Made by a program: the position numbers and the translations under genes. Source: an uncultured Alphaproteobacteria bacterium (GTDB taxonomy: Bacteria > Pseudomonadota > Alphaproteobacteria > RF32 > CAG-239). From it: a stretch of 64,000 nucleotides of DNA. Below the pieces are notes generated by a model, which ran no database searches, was not told where the DNA came from, and saw only the letters and a program-made list of their open reading frames with translations. Each line of letters opens with the position of its first letter. Within the stretch, counting starts at the first letter, position 1. This document shows positions 45,158 through 55,643 of the stretch, piece by piece. The stretch is taken from NCBI GenBank assembly GCA_949282205.1, contig CASDOS010000023.1:2023-66022 (forward strand). The letters are read 5' to 3'.

Positions 45158-46909
45158 CTATCTTCGGTCTTTAATTTTTGCCGTCGCCATCGCCAAGTTT
45201 AAGTCATGTTGTTCATCGGCAAAAACAATTTGTCCGGACCAATTTTCAGGTGTTTTAAAATTAAAAGAGTTCATCTGTTGTCGATTTTTAAAGATAAATT
45301 TCTTGGAATTTTGAAACATATCGTCGGAAACATTTTCCGCAAAATAAACATTTTTACAGTTAGAAACGTCAAGTACCTGCGGATAGCTTTCGACATAAGA
45401 AAAATCAACAAACACCGCATTATCAAAATGCACCTTATTAAGATGTTTCAAATCACAACCTCTAAAATTGACCTTTGAGCAATTAGCCACATCAAGTTCA
45501 TCCGGCAGAGCGGTAGAGTTCAAGAACGAAACCTCTGCACCGTCTTTAAACTTTAAGTTATTGCAAGCAGATAAATCATAACAATTAAACTCGACCTTAG
45601 CGCAAGGAGAAACATCAAGATTATAGGGCAATCTGTATTTTTCTCTATCCTTAAGAAGACTTCCGAAAACATTAAAAGAAACAGAGGCATTTTCTTTAAA
45701 TTTCAAATGTTTCAGATGAGAAGCGTCCGTATACTCAAACGTCACCTTATCACATTCGGAAACATCAATATTTTGAGGGAGTTCGGTAACCCGAAACGTC
45801 ACATTGGCGCCTTGAGCAAACTTCATCTGCTCAAACTTCCTCAAATTCATATAGCTAAACTCCACTTTAGCACAAGAAGAAACATCAAGGACATCCGGCA
45901 CATCTTTCACATCGGATAACGACACATCTGCATCTTTACAAAAGACAAGTCTATCAAAATTATGACAACCGCACTCTAAGATACTGACCTTATGACAAGA
46001 AGAAAAATCCGTTTTGGGCAACTGAGGAATATACGCAAAATTAACCGACTTCACATCGGTTAAGATAATCTGTTCAACCGAAGTCAAATCAGTTCTGCCA
46101 AAACTGACCGAAGAGCAATTAGCGACATCAAGCACACGCGGCAACCCACGTGTTTCATCAAAAGAAAGCGCAGCATTTGGAGCAAAGCGCAGATTTTTCT
46201 GTCCGCTTAAATCGCACTCATCAAAAATCACCGACTCGCATTGAGAACAATCTAAATTTTCAGGTAAATTTCTTGCTCTCTGAAGAGCTAATTCTTTATT
46301 TTTCCCCAAAACAAATTGTTCCACACCAAAAAAATTCGCATCAGCAGCCCAAATGCGTTCACATCGGGAAGCATCCAAAAATGGAGGGAATTTAGAAACA
46401 CCTTGCAATAAAATCGCATCATATTCATTTAAGAAAATAATGCCGTCGCAAAAGATTTGTTTATCACCTTCATCGTCAAAGAACTTTTGTCTTTTAAAAT
46501 CACTTTTCCTAGTCACCATATAACGTCTACAAGTCGGTGAAGATGGATAAAACCATCCTTCTTGAATCTCGGCATCCACATTATAATCCGGCAAATTCAC
46601 ATCTTTGATAGCAATTTTCTGCGCCAAATCCAATAGCTCTTTAGGTTGTTGACGATTAGAAAAACACGCCGACACAATATCTTTAAATTGAGCTTGCTCG
46701 GAGGGAGGCAGTTCTGTGATACATTCGAGCATATGTTTAATATTAAGGGGATTATTAGTAGATTTAAGAACTTGCATACAAACATCTGGAGTAATGTGCT
46801 CTTTTGGGAGGCGAGATTTTTTATCGGGCGCCACCCGCCCTTTTCTATAGGGCATAAGAATATTTTCAACTCCGATTGCACTCTTAAAATTTTCAATATC
46901 GACAAACAT
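45158..46909 (-). CDS. MFVDI-family repeat protein (about 583 aa)
   Basis: I prefer the ATG at 46909 (MFVDIENFKSAIG), which has GGGAGAA upstream. The cap is FIFKNRQQMNSFNFKTPENWSGQIVF and the tail is ..LNLAMATAKIKDRR. It lies 16 nt upstream of the next member. Confidence 0.85.
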   Translation of the reverse strand: MFVDIENFKSAIGVENILMPYRKGRVAPDKKSRLPKEHITPDVCMQVLKSTNNPLNIKHMLECITELPPSEQAQFKDIVSACFSNRQQPKELLDLAQKIAIKDVNLPDYNVDAEIQEGWFYPSSPTCRRYMVTRKSDFKRQKFFDDEGDKQIFCDGIIFLNEYDAILLQGVSKFPPFLDASRCERIWAADANFFGVEQFVLGKNKELALQRARNLPENLDCSQCESVIFDECDLSGQKNLRFAPNAALSFDETRGLPRVLDVANCSSVSFGRTDLTSVEQIILTDVKSVNFAYIPQLPKTDFSSCHKVSILECGCHNFDRLVFCKDADVSLSDVKDVPDVLDVSSCAKVEFSYMNLRKFEQMKFAQGANVTFRVTELPQNIDVSECDKVTFEYTDASHLKHLKFKENASVSFNVFGSLLKDREKYRLPYNLDVSPCAKVEFNCYDLSACNNLKFKDGAEVSFLNSTALPDELDVANCSKVNFRGCDLKHLNKVHFDNAVFVDFSYVESYPQVLDVSNCKNVYFAENVSDDMFQNSKKFIFKNRQQMNSFNFKTPENWSGQIVFADEQHDLNLAMATAKIKDRR

Positions 46910-47118
46910 AAACGTTTCTCCCTGATATTCAGCATATAAAAAGGATATCATAAATTAAAAAATTTAACAACAAGAAATTTCAGCATAAAAGAGATATTGC
47001 GGCATCATAAAAAACATCAAGCCAGCAAGTTTACATCGGAAACTTACCCAATAAGGCAATTACGCATTTACCACAAGCACAATACAATCGGCATTTAAGC
47101 GCCCAATCTCCATCCGAT

Positions 47119-47425
47119 CCCCCTTGGTGAGGAAATAGGAAACGCTCGGCAACAAAAGAGGAGTTGCGATTTTCAATCACACACCGCCCCCACTCCCCCT
47201 TTGGTGAGGAAATAGGAAACGCTCGGCAACAAAGGGGGAGTTGCGATTTTCAATCACGCACCGCCACTACACCCCCTTGGTGAGAAAATAAGAAACGCTC
47301 GGCAACAAAAGAGGAGTTGCGATTTTTAATCACACACCGCCCCCACTCCCCCTTGGTGAGGAAATAGGAAACACTCGGCAACAAAAGAGAAGTTGCGATT
47401 TTTAATCACACACCGCCCCGTCCCT
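47119..47425. repeat. tandem repeat of about 76 bp, 4 copies
   Basis: The unit is cccccttggtgaggaaataggaaacgctcggcaacaaaagaggagttgcgattttcaatcacacaccgcccccact. Copies start at about 47119, 47195, 47272 and 47348. The unit is related to 16848-16905. Confidence 0.9.
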
Positions 47426-47667
47426 GCCACAACCCAAAGTCGACACCCCCAAGTGCACCGCCGCAGCCTAAAGTAAACGCAATAAAGTACATTGTCCGCA
47501 CTCGCCCCCCGTCCCCAAAGGACTAAGTCCATGTGTGCAAGCATACCAACAAGTAGCCCATGACGTTGTTTTAGCCTCCAATAACAGGGGATAAAATAAG
47601 CCAATCCTTTGACAGCCGCCAATACTTTCTTTTAAGATGAAGAAGAGAATAAGCAAAGGAAGATACG

Positions 47668-49458
47668 ATGAAAAAATCGATACTATATCTGTTAACCGCG
47701 GTGATGAGTGGTATCATCATCAGTTTAAGCTGTATTATTTCGTCCCGATATGGGATGAATATATGCATGACAACATCCGTAACGTTAGGTATAATCGGAG
47801 CGACGGTTGTATTCTGCGTCCTCACGCCGGAGATAAGAGCAAGCATCCGGCATATATGCTGCGATTTAGATTGGGCAGACGAATGTGTCAAAGGCTATAA
47901 CGCCATCCCCAAATTATACCGCAAGAGTTTCTGGCAATTATTCGGTTTCATCAATCTGGCATTTTTGTTCCATACGATAAACTTCATGTGGGGGAACCGC
48001 GACTGGGAAGCGATAAGATATGCGGTCAATCCGGAAGTTGCGATAAGCGAAGGACGCTTTTCGGCATTTTGGTTGCAAGAGCTGTTATTTGACGGCAAGA
48101 TATTACCTGTAATAAACAATCTATGGTCGTTTGCGGGGTTAAGTATAGCGGGAGTATTATTGGGTGTGTATTGGAAACTACCGCAAAAGACGTCGGCGTA
48201 TGTTGTTACGGGATTATTTTTCCTCATCACGCCGTATACGCTGAGTTGGTTATATTTCGCACAAAACACCTTAGGAAATTTATGGTTACCGGCACTGGTA
48301 TTAAGCGCCTTATTGTTATCAGAAAAGCGGAGCAAGAGTTTAAATGCGACATATTTATGCAACATCATATCGGTTTTGCTGTTTGTAATAGCGCTGGGAA
48401 CGTATCTACCGGTATTAAATTTCATTTTGGTGGCGATATTAGGCAAAGTTTTTTTACAAACCGTATTCTCGGATATAGAATTAAAATGCGGTTTCAAGAG
48501 AAATTTACAAAGTTTCGTCAATTTGACAGCAGGCTTAATGATATACGCGTTTATCATCATCGTTTTAAAAGACACGAACGTCATCCACCCCTCATACAAC
48601 ACGGTACTGGCGCCGTTATGGAGCTATCCTGCGAAACTTCCGACACTACTGCTGATAATGTTCACGCAATTTGGGACAACAATGCCGTTTATGGACGGAA
48701 TATATAAAGGCGGCTATCTTTTGATGTGCTTAATCGGTTTATTTTCGCTGATAATTTTGAGTCCGAATGCCAAAGCATCAACACGCGGCTTAATTTTAAT
48801 ACCGCTGATATTAATCGCCTCGAAATTAACATATATGCTGTCGGTTCCGTCAACAGAAAATCCGCTACATCTTGCCAGGATAGATTTTTACGGATTACCG
48901 ATGATATACGCCCTATCGCTGGCGATTATTCTAAAGCTCGGAGGGAATTATCTGAAGCGCATCGGCTACGGACTGGCGCTATTGATAATATTTATGGGTT
49001 TTGTTCGTGTGAGCTATGCGCAAAAAGTATGGAAGTTTGGCTGGGAAGCGGAAACAAAATTAGCGGAAAGGATTATCACGCGTTTAGAGAAGTTGGAAAA
49101 TTTCAACATCAACGGTCACTACAAATTATTACAAATCGGCAATCAAAGCCTACGGGAAAAATATTACCTAAAGCGCCCGAACGAAAGCGCGAGCGGCGAG
49201 TTGCTCGGGTGGAGTTACTACGAAGCGGGCAGAAGCAAAGACGCCTATAATTTTTATTATCAAGCGGACTTTTTGGAATCGGACAGTGATTTGAAGAACG
49301 CGATAAAGGACAACCCGACCATTAAGGAATATTTGCTGAACAAAGCGCGCGCGTGGCCGGCCAAAGAAAGTATATATATAAGCGGCGATTACATCGTGCT
49401 TGTGCTGGAAGAGAGCGAGTTAGCGAAAGCGCAACAAATCATCAATCAAAGCGAATAG
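47668..49458 (+). CDS. large polytopic membrane protein with a soluble C-terminal domain (possible GT-C-like glycosyltransferase; unverified)
   Basis: This is a 596-aa ORF with AAGGAAG upstream. It has at least 10 hydrophobic segments over about 450 aa, then a hydrophilic C-terminus. Confidence 0.6.
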   Translation: MKKSILYLLTAVMSGIIISLSCIISSRYGMNICMTTSVTLGIIGATVVFCVLTPEIRASIRHICCDLDWADECVKGYNAIPKLYRKSFWQLFGFINLAFLFHTINFMWGNRDWEAIRYAVNPEVAISEGRFSAFWLQELLFDGKILPVINNLWSFAGLSIAGVLLGVYWKLPQKTSAYVVTGLFFLITPYTLSWLYFAQNTLGNLWLPALVLSALLLSEKRSKSLNATYLCNIISVLLFVIALGTYLPVLNFILVAILGKVFLQTVFSDIELKCGFKRNLQSFVNLTAGLMIYAFIIIVLKDTNVIHPSYNTVLAPLWSYPAKLPTLLLIMFTQFGTTMPFMDGIYKGGYLLMCLIGLFSLIILSPNAKASTRGLILIPLILIASKLTYMLSVPSTENPLHLARIDFYGLPMIYALSLAIILKLGGNYLKRIGYGLALLIIFMGFVRVSYAQKVWKFGWEAETKLAERIITRLEKLENFNINGHYKLLQIGNQSLREKYYLKRPNESASGELLGWSYYEAGRSKDAYNFYYQADFLESDSDLKNAIKDNPTIKEYLLNKARAWPAKESIYISGDYIVLVLEESELAKAQQIINQSE

Positions 49459-49533
49459 AGTTCCGATTAAACCTAAGCCTAAAAAAGCGGAGAAGAGCAA
49501 GAAGACCCTCCGCTATTTAGATAAAAAGAAGAT

Positions 49534-50070
49534 TTAAGGGAGTATGCCTCGCAGATATAAGGAACGCCTCATATTATAAAGGAGCGCCCAAACCGAGATA
49601 TAGCCGAAAGCAAAACCCAAGGCCCCCCCGAGCAAGAGATGCCCGAGCAAGACACACTCAAACAACGCCAAGATATAGAGTTGCTCAAACAAGAATATCG
49701 TCAACAGTACCTCAGTCAGCAAGCCAAAAACACCACCGGCAAACAAAAAAAGATTTCGTCCCCAGGAAAGATAAACAATTCCAAGAGCCCAAACAAACAC
49801 GCCAGCCAGCAAAAAAGGCTGCAAAAAAAAGAAAAGTTCGCCACAGCACAACCAATAGAGTTGTAACAGCCAAGCTCCAGTCAGAGCGAGCAAAGCGAAC
49901 ATCAAACAGCGCAATGCCGTCCATCTCTCCGCACCGTTCCAAGCCATCAGTCGGAAGAGTTGCGGATGATTTTGAAACTGCGCCAAATACGCCTCATCAG
50001 CTTTAAGCCAATGATACCAGCGGGAATTTTTCAATTTTCCCCAGCAAGCAAAGCATTTTTTCATATACAA
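49534..50070 (-). CDS. membrane protein, one of a tandem paralog pair
   Basis: It begins MYMKKCFACWGKLKNSRWYHWLKADEAYL and has about four TM segments. It is paralogous to 50231..50773. Confidence 0.6.
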   Translation of the reverse strand: MYMKKCFACWGKLKNSRWYHWLKADEAYLAQFQNHPQLFRLMAWNGAERWTALRCLMFALLALTGAWLLQLYWLCCGELFFFLQPFLLAGVFVWALGIVYLSWGRNLFLFAGGVFGLLTEVLLTIFLFEQLYILALFECVLLGHLLLGGALGFAFGYISVWALLYNMRRSLYLRGILP

Positions 50071-50230
50071 AAAAGTTTAAGAATAATACAAAAGAGGAGA
50101 GAGGATAACACCGCAAGCGTAAAAAAGCAAGAAAAAACCTTTGCAACCGCAAAAGCCCCCTCACATCTGATACGAAAATTTCCACCAAGAAAAAGGCGGA
50201 AAGTGTATAAAAACACATTTCCGCCGAAAT

Positions 50231-50773
50231 TTAATCCTGTGCATTAGGGAGCTTAATAGCAAGAGGCGAGTTTTTATACACCCACCAAATGACCCCAGCA
50301 GCCAAAAGCATACCCAAAATAGCTCCACCAAAGACAAAATTGCACATATCATTCCCCAGCAGCATCTGCAAATAAATTTGCAAATCAAACGGCATAATCA
50401 GCAAAAACGCCCAAAGCAGCAAACAAATGCTATATCCCAACATCAGCGAGCGTCTGAAAGCAATACTTGAACCAGCCGCAAAGCAAACAGCCGCCGCCAA
50501 AATAGAGGCGTTAAGCACAAAATAGACGGGATTATCCTGCTCCAAGAAACTCATACGAAAGAATTGCAAAAAAGAAGAAGCAAAGAAGCATACGACGCAC
50601 GCGACATAACACCAAAAACCGAGCCAGCGACCTGCGCCTTTTCGTTTTTCTTCCTGAAGCAAATCGGGAAAATTTTGATACGATTTTAAATACACATCAT
50701 CGACTTTGAGCCAATGATAGAAGGAAGAATTCTGAAATTTATCCTTCCAAGAACGAAATAATTTCATATACAA
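50231..50773 (-). CDS. membrane protein, one of a tandem paralog pair
   Basis: It begins MYMKLFRSWKDKFQNSSFYHWLKVDDVYL and has about four TM segments. A hairpin terminator lies at about 50188-50225. Confidence 0.6.
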   Translation of the reverse strand: MYMKLFRSWKDKFQNSSFYHWLKVDDVYLKSYQNFPDLLQEEKRKGAGRWLGFWCYVACVVCFFASSFLQFFRMSFLEQDNPVYFVLNASILAAAVCFAAGSSIAFRRSLMLGYSICLLLWAFLLIMPFDLQIYLQMLLGNDMCNFVFGGAILGMLLAAGVIWWVYKNSPLAIKLPNAQD

Positions 50774-50849
50774 AAAAGTTTAAGAATAATACATAAGTGC
50801 ATAAGATGTAGCTTATTTTTGTCCACCTGTCAAGTAAGATTTAAGCCGG

Positions 50850-51010
50850 CAACAATTAAAGTAGCGCGTGCATATCCGCCCCTGCCCCATAAAGGACTAA
50901 ATCAGCGTATACAAGCACATCGACAAGTTGCCCAAGCGTAACTTGCAAAACTCCGCCCCATAAGGAACGAAGTCTACGAGCACAAGTTGCCCACCAAGTT
51001 GCCAAATTTT
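50850..51010. repeat. copy of the dispersed intergenic repeat family (approximate bounds)
   Basis: It contains ccgcccctgccccataaaggactaaatc and ccgccccataaggaacgaagtc, plus the motifs caagttgcc and gcacaagt that are shared with 16960-17090 and 47470-47570. Confidence 0.5.
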
Positions 51011-51086
51011 AGTGTACACAGAAGTACATGAATTTCATCCGACCCGCAAAGACCGCTCTAGATGCCGAAATTTTCCCCTTTAAGAC

Positions 51087-51114
51087 TTGACAATTCAACA
51101 GTTTTCACTATACT
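51087..51114 (+). promoter_or_regulatory. candidate sigma70 promoter for argS
   Basis: It reads TTGACA, a 16-nt spacer, then TATACT, about 40 nt upstream of the GTG start. Confidence 0.55.
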
Positions 51115-51155
51115 TTCTGCCGAGATTAAACAAGATAAATTAAGGAGAAGACACA

Positions 51156-52937
51156 GTGCAAACGGTGATAGAAGAATTAAATCAAATCTTTGCGCAAGCA
51201 TTCACAAAAGCAGGCTACGATGAGCAGTTAGGTCGCGTCGTCGTATCCGCCCGACCGGATTTATGCCAGTTTCAATGCAACGGCGCGATGTCCGGGGCGA
51301 AACAATACCGCAAAGCACCGTTAATGATAGCCAATGACGTCATAAACAACATCGCCGAAAATGATGTGATAGAGAGTGTAAACGTCGTTGCTCCGGGATT
51401 TATCAACATCATGGTCAAAGACGCGTTTATCGGCAAATACCTAAGCGAAATGGATACAGAGGCAGACTGTGGCTTTGCCAAGACAGAAAACCCGAAAACA
51501 GTCGTAATAGACTACGGCGGACCGAATGTAGCCAAACCTCTGCACGTTGGTCACTTACGTTCAGCCGTAATTGGAGAATGCTTAAAGCGCTTAAACCGCT
51601 TTGTCGGCAATAAGGTCATCGGCGATGCGCATTTGGGCGATTGGGGCTTGCAGATGGGCTTGATTATTCATGAATTAAGCGTCAGAAAGCCGGATTTAGT
51701 TTATTTTGATGAAAATTACACTGGCGAATATCCCGCAACTCCGCCATTTAGCTTAAAAGATTTGGAGGAGATATATCCGTTTGCCTCTGCCAAATCCAAA
51801 GAAGATGAAGCATATTTAGAAGCCGCCCGTTTGGCAACCAAAGAGTTACAAAAAGGAAGAGCCGGCTACCGTGCTTTGTGGAAACATATCTTGAGCGTAT
51901 CTTTGGCGGATTTGAAAAAGAACTACGGCAGATTGGATGTGGATTTTGACTTATGGCTTGGCGAAAGCGATGCGGATCCGTATGTTCCTGATATGGTAAA
52001 GATGATGAAAGACAAAGGCTTTGCCTATGAGAGCGAAGGTGCGTTGGTAGTTGATGTAAAAGAAGAAAGCGACACCGCGCCGATACCGCCGTGCATTATA
52101 TTAAAGTCTGACGGCAGTGCAATATATGAAACAACCGATTTGGCGACATTGGTTCAAAGAGAAAAAGACTTTGCGCCGGATAGAGTGATATACGTCGTGG
52201 ATAAGCGTCAAAATTTACACTTTGAGAGAGTGTTCCGTTGCGCCAAAAAGACCGGCGTGGTTAAACCGGAAACAGAATTATCGTTCATTGGTTTCGGCAC
52301 CGTAAACGGCAAAGACGGCAAACCGTTCAAGACCAGAGCCGGCGGCACAATGAAGTTGTCCGAACTATTGGATACGGTGGAAAATCAAGTAAATATTAAA
52401 GACGGCGACAAATTAAGCGAGCAAGAGTTGACCGAATTGCGCCAAATTATCAGCTTAGCGGCAATAAAGTACGGCGATTTGATGAATCCGTGCGAAAGCA
52501 ATTATATATTTGATATCGACAAGTTCGCGTCATTTGAAGGCAACACGGGTCCATATATATTATATACGATGGTTCGGATTAAGTCGATATTGGCAAAGTT
52601 AAGCGAGCACCATACGGATATAATGAACAAGTTGGAAAAGAGTCCGATGCGAATTGACGGCAAATTTGAAACGGCAAGTCAAAGAGATTTGGCACTAACC
52701 TTAACGCGTTACAGCCACACGATAAACGAGGCCTACAAGAAAGACGCCCCGTCAATAATTTGCTCTTACATATATGAAATATCCAATAAATTCAACGTAT
52801 TCTATCATGATAAGAAGATATTGGCAGAAACCAACGAGCAAATTTTAAGTTCGCTGATTGCATTGATAACCCTAACTTTAAGAGTTTTGGACATTTGCAT
52901 TAACATCTTGGGCTTCAAAGCACCGGCGAAAATGTAA
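51156..52937 (+). CDS. argS: arginine--tRNA ligase
   Basis: There is full-length ArgRS similarity, including the HIGH-type motif PLHVGHLRS and the anticodon-binding C-terminal domain. The start is GTG with AGGAG upstream. Confidence 0.95.
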   Translation: MQTVIEELNQIFAQAFTKAGYDEQLGRVVVSARPDLCQFQCNGAMSGAKQYRKAPLMIANDVINNIAENDVIESVNVVAPGFINIMVKDAFIGKYLSEMDTEADCGFAKTENPKTVVIDYGGPNVAKPLHVGHLRSAVIGECLKRLNRFVGNKVIGDAHLGDWGLQMGLIIHELSVRKPDLVYFDENYTGEYPATPPFSLKDLEEIYPFASAKSKEDEAYLEAARLATKELQKGRAGYRALWKHILSVSLADLKKNYGRLDVDFDLWLGESDADPYVPDMVKMMKDKGFAYESEGALVVDVKEESDTAPIPPCIILKSDGSAIYETTDLATLVQREKDFAPDRVIYVVDKRQNLHFERVFRCAKKTGVVKPETELSFIGFGTVNGKDGKPFKTRAGGTMKLSELLDTVENQVNIKDGDKLSEQELTELRQIISLAAIKYGDLMNPCESNYIFDIDKFASFEGNTGPYILYTMVRIKSILAKLSEHHTDIMNKLEKSPMRIDGKFETASQRDLALTLTRYSHTINEAYKKDAPSIICSYIYEISNKFNVFYHDKKILAETNEQILSSLIALITLTLRVLDICINILGFKAPAKM

Positions 52938-52963
52938 AGATACACAAAGCCGAAAATAAAAAA

Positions 52964-52999
52964 GGGAGATTTTCAGTTGACGACTGAACTCCCTTTTTT
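52964..52999 (+). terminator. intrinsic terminator after argS
   Basis: The outer stem gggag/ctccc encloses an inner stem ttcagt/actgaa and is followed by tttttt. Confidence 0.7.
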
Positions 53000-53040
53000 A
53001 AAGCCGATAAAGCGTCGTAACGGCTCAAGTCAAACTCACG

Positions 53041-53277
53041 TCACGATCTGCCAAACTTTTTGCGTATCATCGGAGTAATACCGCACCCCCAACGATATAT
53101 TAGGCTAACCAAGAGTAAAAACGCCCCGCCAATAACCCCGTAACCACCGATAAAAACCAAGGTCTGCCAACAGGCCCAAACGCCGATATACTCTAAAAGC
53201 ACGCAAAAGCATGTAAACATCAGCAACCACGTTACCGCGTCAAGTTTTCGGCAACAAGATAAAAATTTCTTTTTCAT
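53041..53277 (-). CDS. small 2-TM protein, unknown function
   Basis: This is a 78-aa ORF with two hydrophobic segments and basic termini. It lies just downstream of the six-gene family array. Confidence 0.45.
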   Translation of the reverse strand: MKKKFLSCCRKLDAVTWLLMFTCFCVLLEYIGVWACWQTLVFIGGYGVIGGAFLLLVSLIYRWGCGITPMIRKKFGRS

Positions 53278-53433
53278 AATAGTAACGCTAATTATTTATA
53301 ACCGCCTTTAAGCATACTTCAAAAAAAGAATACGTCAAGAAGAATAAAGTAAAGAAGGCCGTCGATACATCTTGACCGAGGCAAAACAAATAAACGCCTC
53401 CAACCATATGAAAAAGTCATTGCATTTTTTGAA

Positions 53434-55638
53434 TTAACGTTCGAATTTGCCCCACCATCGTTTCCAAATTGAAGCAGAAGTTTTCTCTGAAGTGGAAGTT
53501 ATCTCTTCAGAAACTTTAGCTAGCTCCCCTTTCAATTCATCAGAGCGAAGTTTAAGTTGTTGCAGAGCAAAATTTCTTTTCGCTTTAAATTCTTTTAACT
53601 GCTCCTCGTTCATCTGTTCGGTAAAGAGGAGTTTATTGTCTTTCCCGTCAACATCAAAATACTGATTAATCTGCGCTTTATTACGCAACAGCAATGTTTT
53701 TGTATCTTTAAAACCTTCTTTCAAGATATCGTAAATATCAATTTTTTCGCATTCAGACATATCGACAAACGCCGGCATATTATCCACCCGTTCTAAATAA
53801 ACTTTAGCCCCTTTACCAAAATAAACGGCAGACAACTTTTCAAAATCACACAATTCAATCGAAACATCGTCGCAAGGAGAAAAATCCACACACTCCGGCA
53901 GATTAGAGATAGACTTCAATCGCACGTTTGCGCCCTGACGAAATCCCAACCAGCGGAGTTCTTGCATATTGCAATTAACAATTTCGAGTTCTGCGCAGTT
54001 AGAAAAATCCGCTCCATTTTTTAAGTTTTTGACATCAATCAAATGCACCTTAGCCCCGTCCCTAAAGCGAAGTTGAGTTTGCTTCGTCAAGTCACAACTT
54101 TGCATTTCCACCTTTGCGCAGTTGGAGAAATCGACATTTTTTGGGAGATTACGCGTACTCAACATATGGACGACTGCGCCCTCCCCCAAAGAGAGAGAAG
54201 TTACCCCCGCCAAATCGCTTCCGTTAAAATTAACTTCGGCACAGGGAGAAACATCAAGATTTTTCGGCAATAAAGTAACATTGCTCAACACCGCCTCCGC
54301 CCCTTTCATAAACCGAAGGTGCGATTGTTCGCTCAAGTCACAGTAACTCAAATTCACTTCCGCACACTCGGAAAAATCGAGATTCGGCGGTAAATTCTCT
54401 GCCCTTGCCAAAACCACTTTTGCGCCTTTTTTGAAACGAAGATTGGAGAGAGAAGCTAAATCACAACTCGATAAATTAACATCATCGCACTCGGAAAAAT
54501 CGAGATTAGGCGGCAGGTTGTAAGATTTTTCCAATTTAATTTTCGCCCCATTTTTGAAACGGAGGTTCGGCTGATTGCATAAATCACACTCGATAAGATT
54601 AACTTCATCACATTCGGAAAAGTCGATATCGGGCGGCAATTTCTTCACTCTTTTGAGGGTAACTTTTGCTCCTTTTTTGAAGCGTACGTTTTTAAGGTAA
54701 GACAAATCTTCCATATCAAGCTCCACTTGAGAGCATTCCGAAAAATCAACCTCATCGGGAAGTTTCGGTTCAATTCCGCAAAAATGCACCTCTGCATCTT
54801 TTCGAAAGACAATTTTCGCATCTTGTCCAAGAAAACATCTCTTTAAGACCACGCGCCCGAAAGCTGAAAAATCCAAATTTTCCTCCGACAAATCCAAATC
54901 GTGCTCCGAACAAGTGAGCACATTGGGTCGATATTTCCACTCTTTCGTGTATTTCAAATCATAAAACCCGATAATCACACGTTTACAAGCAGTTAAGTCA
55001 ACACGCCTCGGCAAAGGATTAACATCTGTCATCGCAACCGAACCACCTTCTTTAACGATGATTTTGCGAAGTCTTGAGCCGTCACACGCTTCTTTACCAA
55101 AAAAGTTAATAAATTCGCTGTTCGGCGCTTCAATAATCGGCGGCAAAATTTTCTCAGCATGCAAAACACGCCCCAAATGTATCGTATTATCGCTCCAACA
55201 AATCAGACGATCGTATCCGTCAAAATATTCCGTTTCCAAGTGCCCCGTATTTTTTTCAATCGTCAAAATGCGTTCCGGAGCGGAAGATAAATAAGTAGGA
55301 TGTTCGTCATCTTTACGTTGCGGAAGAATAAGGCCATGAGCATCGGCAAAATGACACCCCAAAGTCAACACACTGTGAGGTTGTTCCCGCTTATAAAATG
55401 TCGAGAGCACCACATCTATGAATTGCGCCTGCTCGGTTTTAGGAAGTTCGGCAATACATTGGAGCATATCTTTAATGTTGCGTGCATAGTTGGTAGATTT
55501 AAGAATTTCGAAACAAACCTCAGGGGTAATCTTTTCTTTAGGTTGCCGCACACCTTTGATAACGCGTCCTTTTTTATAGGGAGCAAGGATATTTTCAACG
55601 GCGAGCGGAGATTTAGGATTTACAATATCAACAAACAT
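53434..55638 (-). CDS. MFVDI-family repeat protein (734 aa)
   Basis: Its N-domain is identical over 63 aa to that of 55644..57755. It has canonical repeats such as NLRFKNGAKIKLEKSYNLPPNLDFSECDDVNLSSCDL. The C-terminus is a coiled-coil-like tail ending ..IWKRWWGKFER. Confidence 0.9.
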   Translation of the reverse strand: MFVDIVNPKSPLAVENILAPYKKGRVIKGVRQPKEKITPEVCFEILKSTNYARNIKDMLQCIAELPKTEQAQFIDVVLSTFYKREQPHSVLTLGCHFADAHGLILPQRKDDEHPTYLSSAPERILTIEKNTGHLETEYFDGYDRLICWSDNTIHLGRVLHAEKILPPIIEAPNSEFINFFGKEACDGSRLRKIIVKEGGSVAMTDVNPLPRRVDLTACKRVIIGFYDLKYTKEWKYRPNVLTCSEHDLDLSEENLDFSAFGRVVLKRCFLGQDAKIVFRKDAEVHFCGIEPKLPDEVDFSECSQVELDMEDLSYLKNVRFKKGAKVTLKRVKKLPPDIDFSECDEVNLIECDLCNQPNLRFKNGAKIKLEKSYNLPPNLDFSECDDVNLSSCDLASLSNLRFKKGAKVVLARAENLPPNLDFSECAEVNLSYCDLSEQSHLRFMKGAEAVLSNVTLLPKNLDVSPCAEVNFNGSDLAGVTSLSLGEGAVVHMLSTRNLPKNVDFSNCAKVEMQSCDLTKQTQLRFRDGAKVHLIDVKNLKNGADFSNCAELEIVNCNMQELRWLGFRQGANVRLKSISNLPECVDFSPCDDVSIELCDFEKLSAVYFGKGAKVYLERVDNMPAFVDMSECEKIDIYDILKEGFKDTKTLLLRNKAQINQYFDVDGKDNKLLFTEQMNEEQLKEFKAKRNFALQQLKLRSDELKGELAKVSEEITSTSEKTSASIWKRWWGKFER

Positions 55639-55643
55639 CGAAC

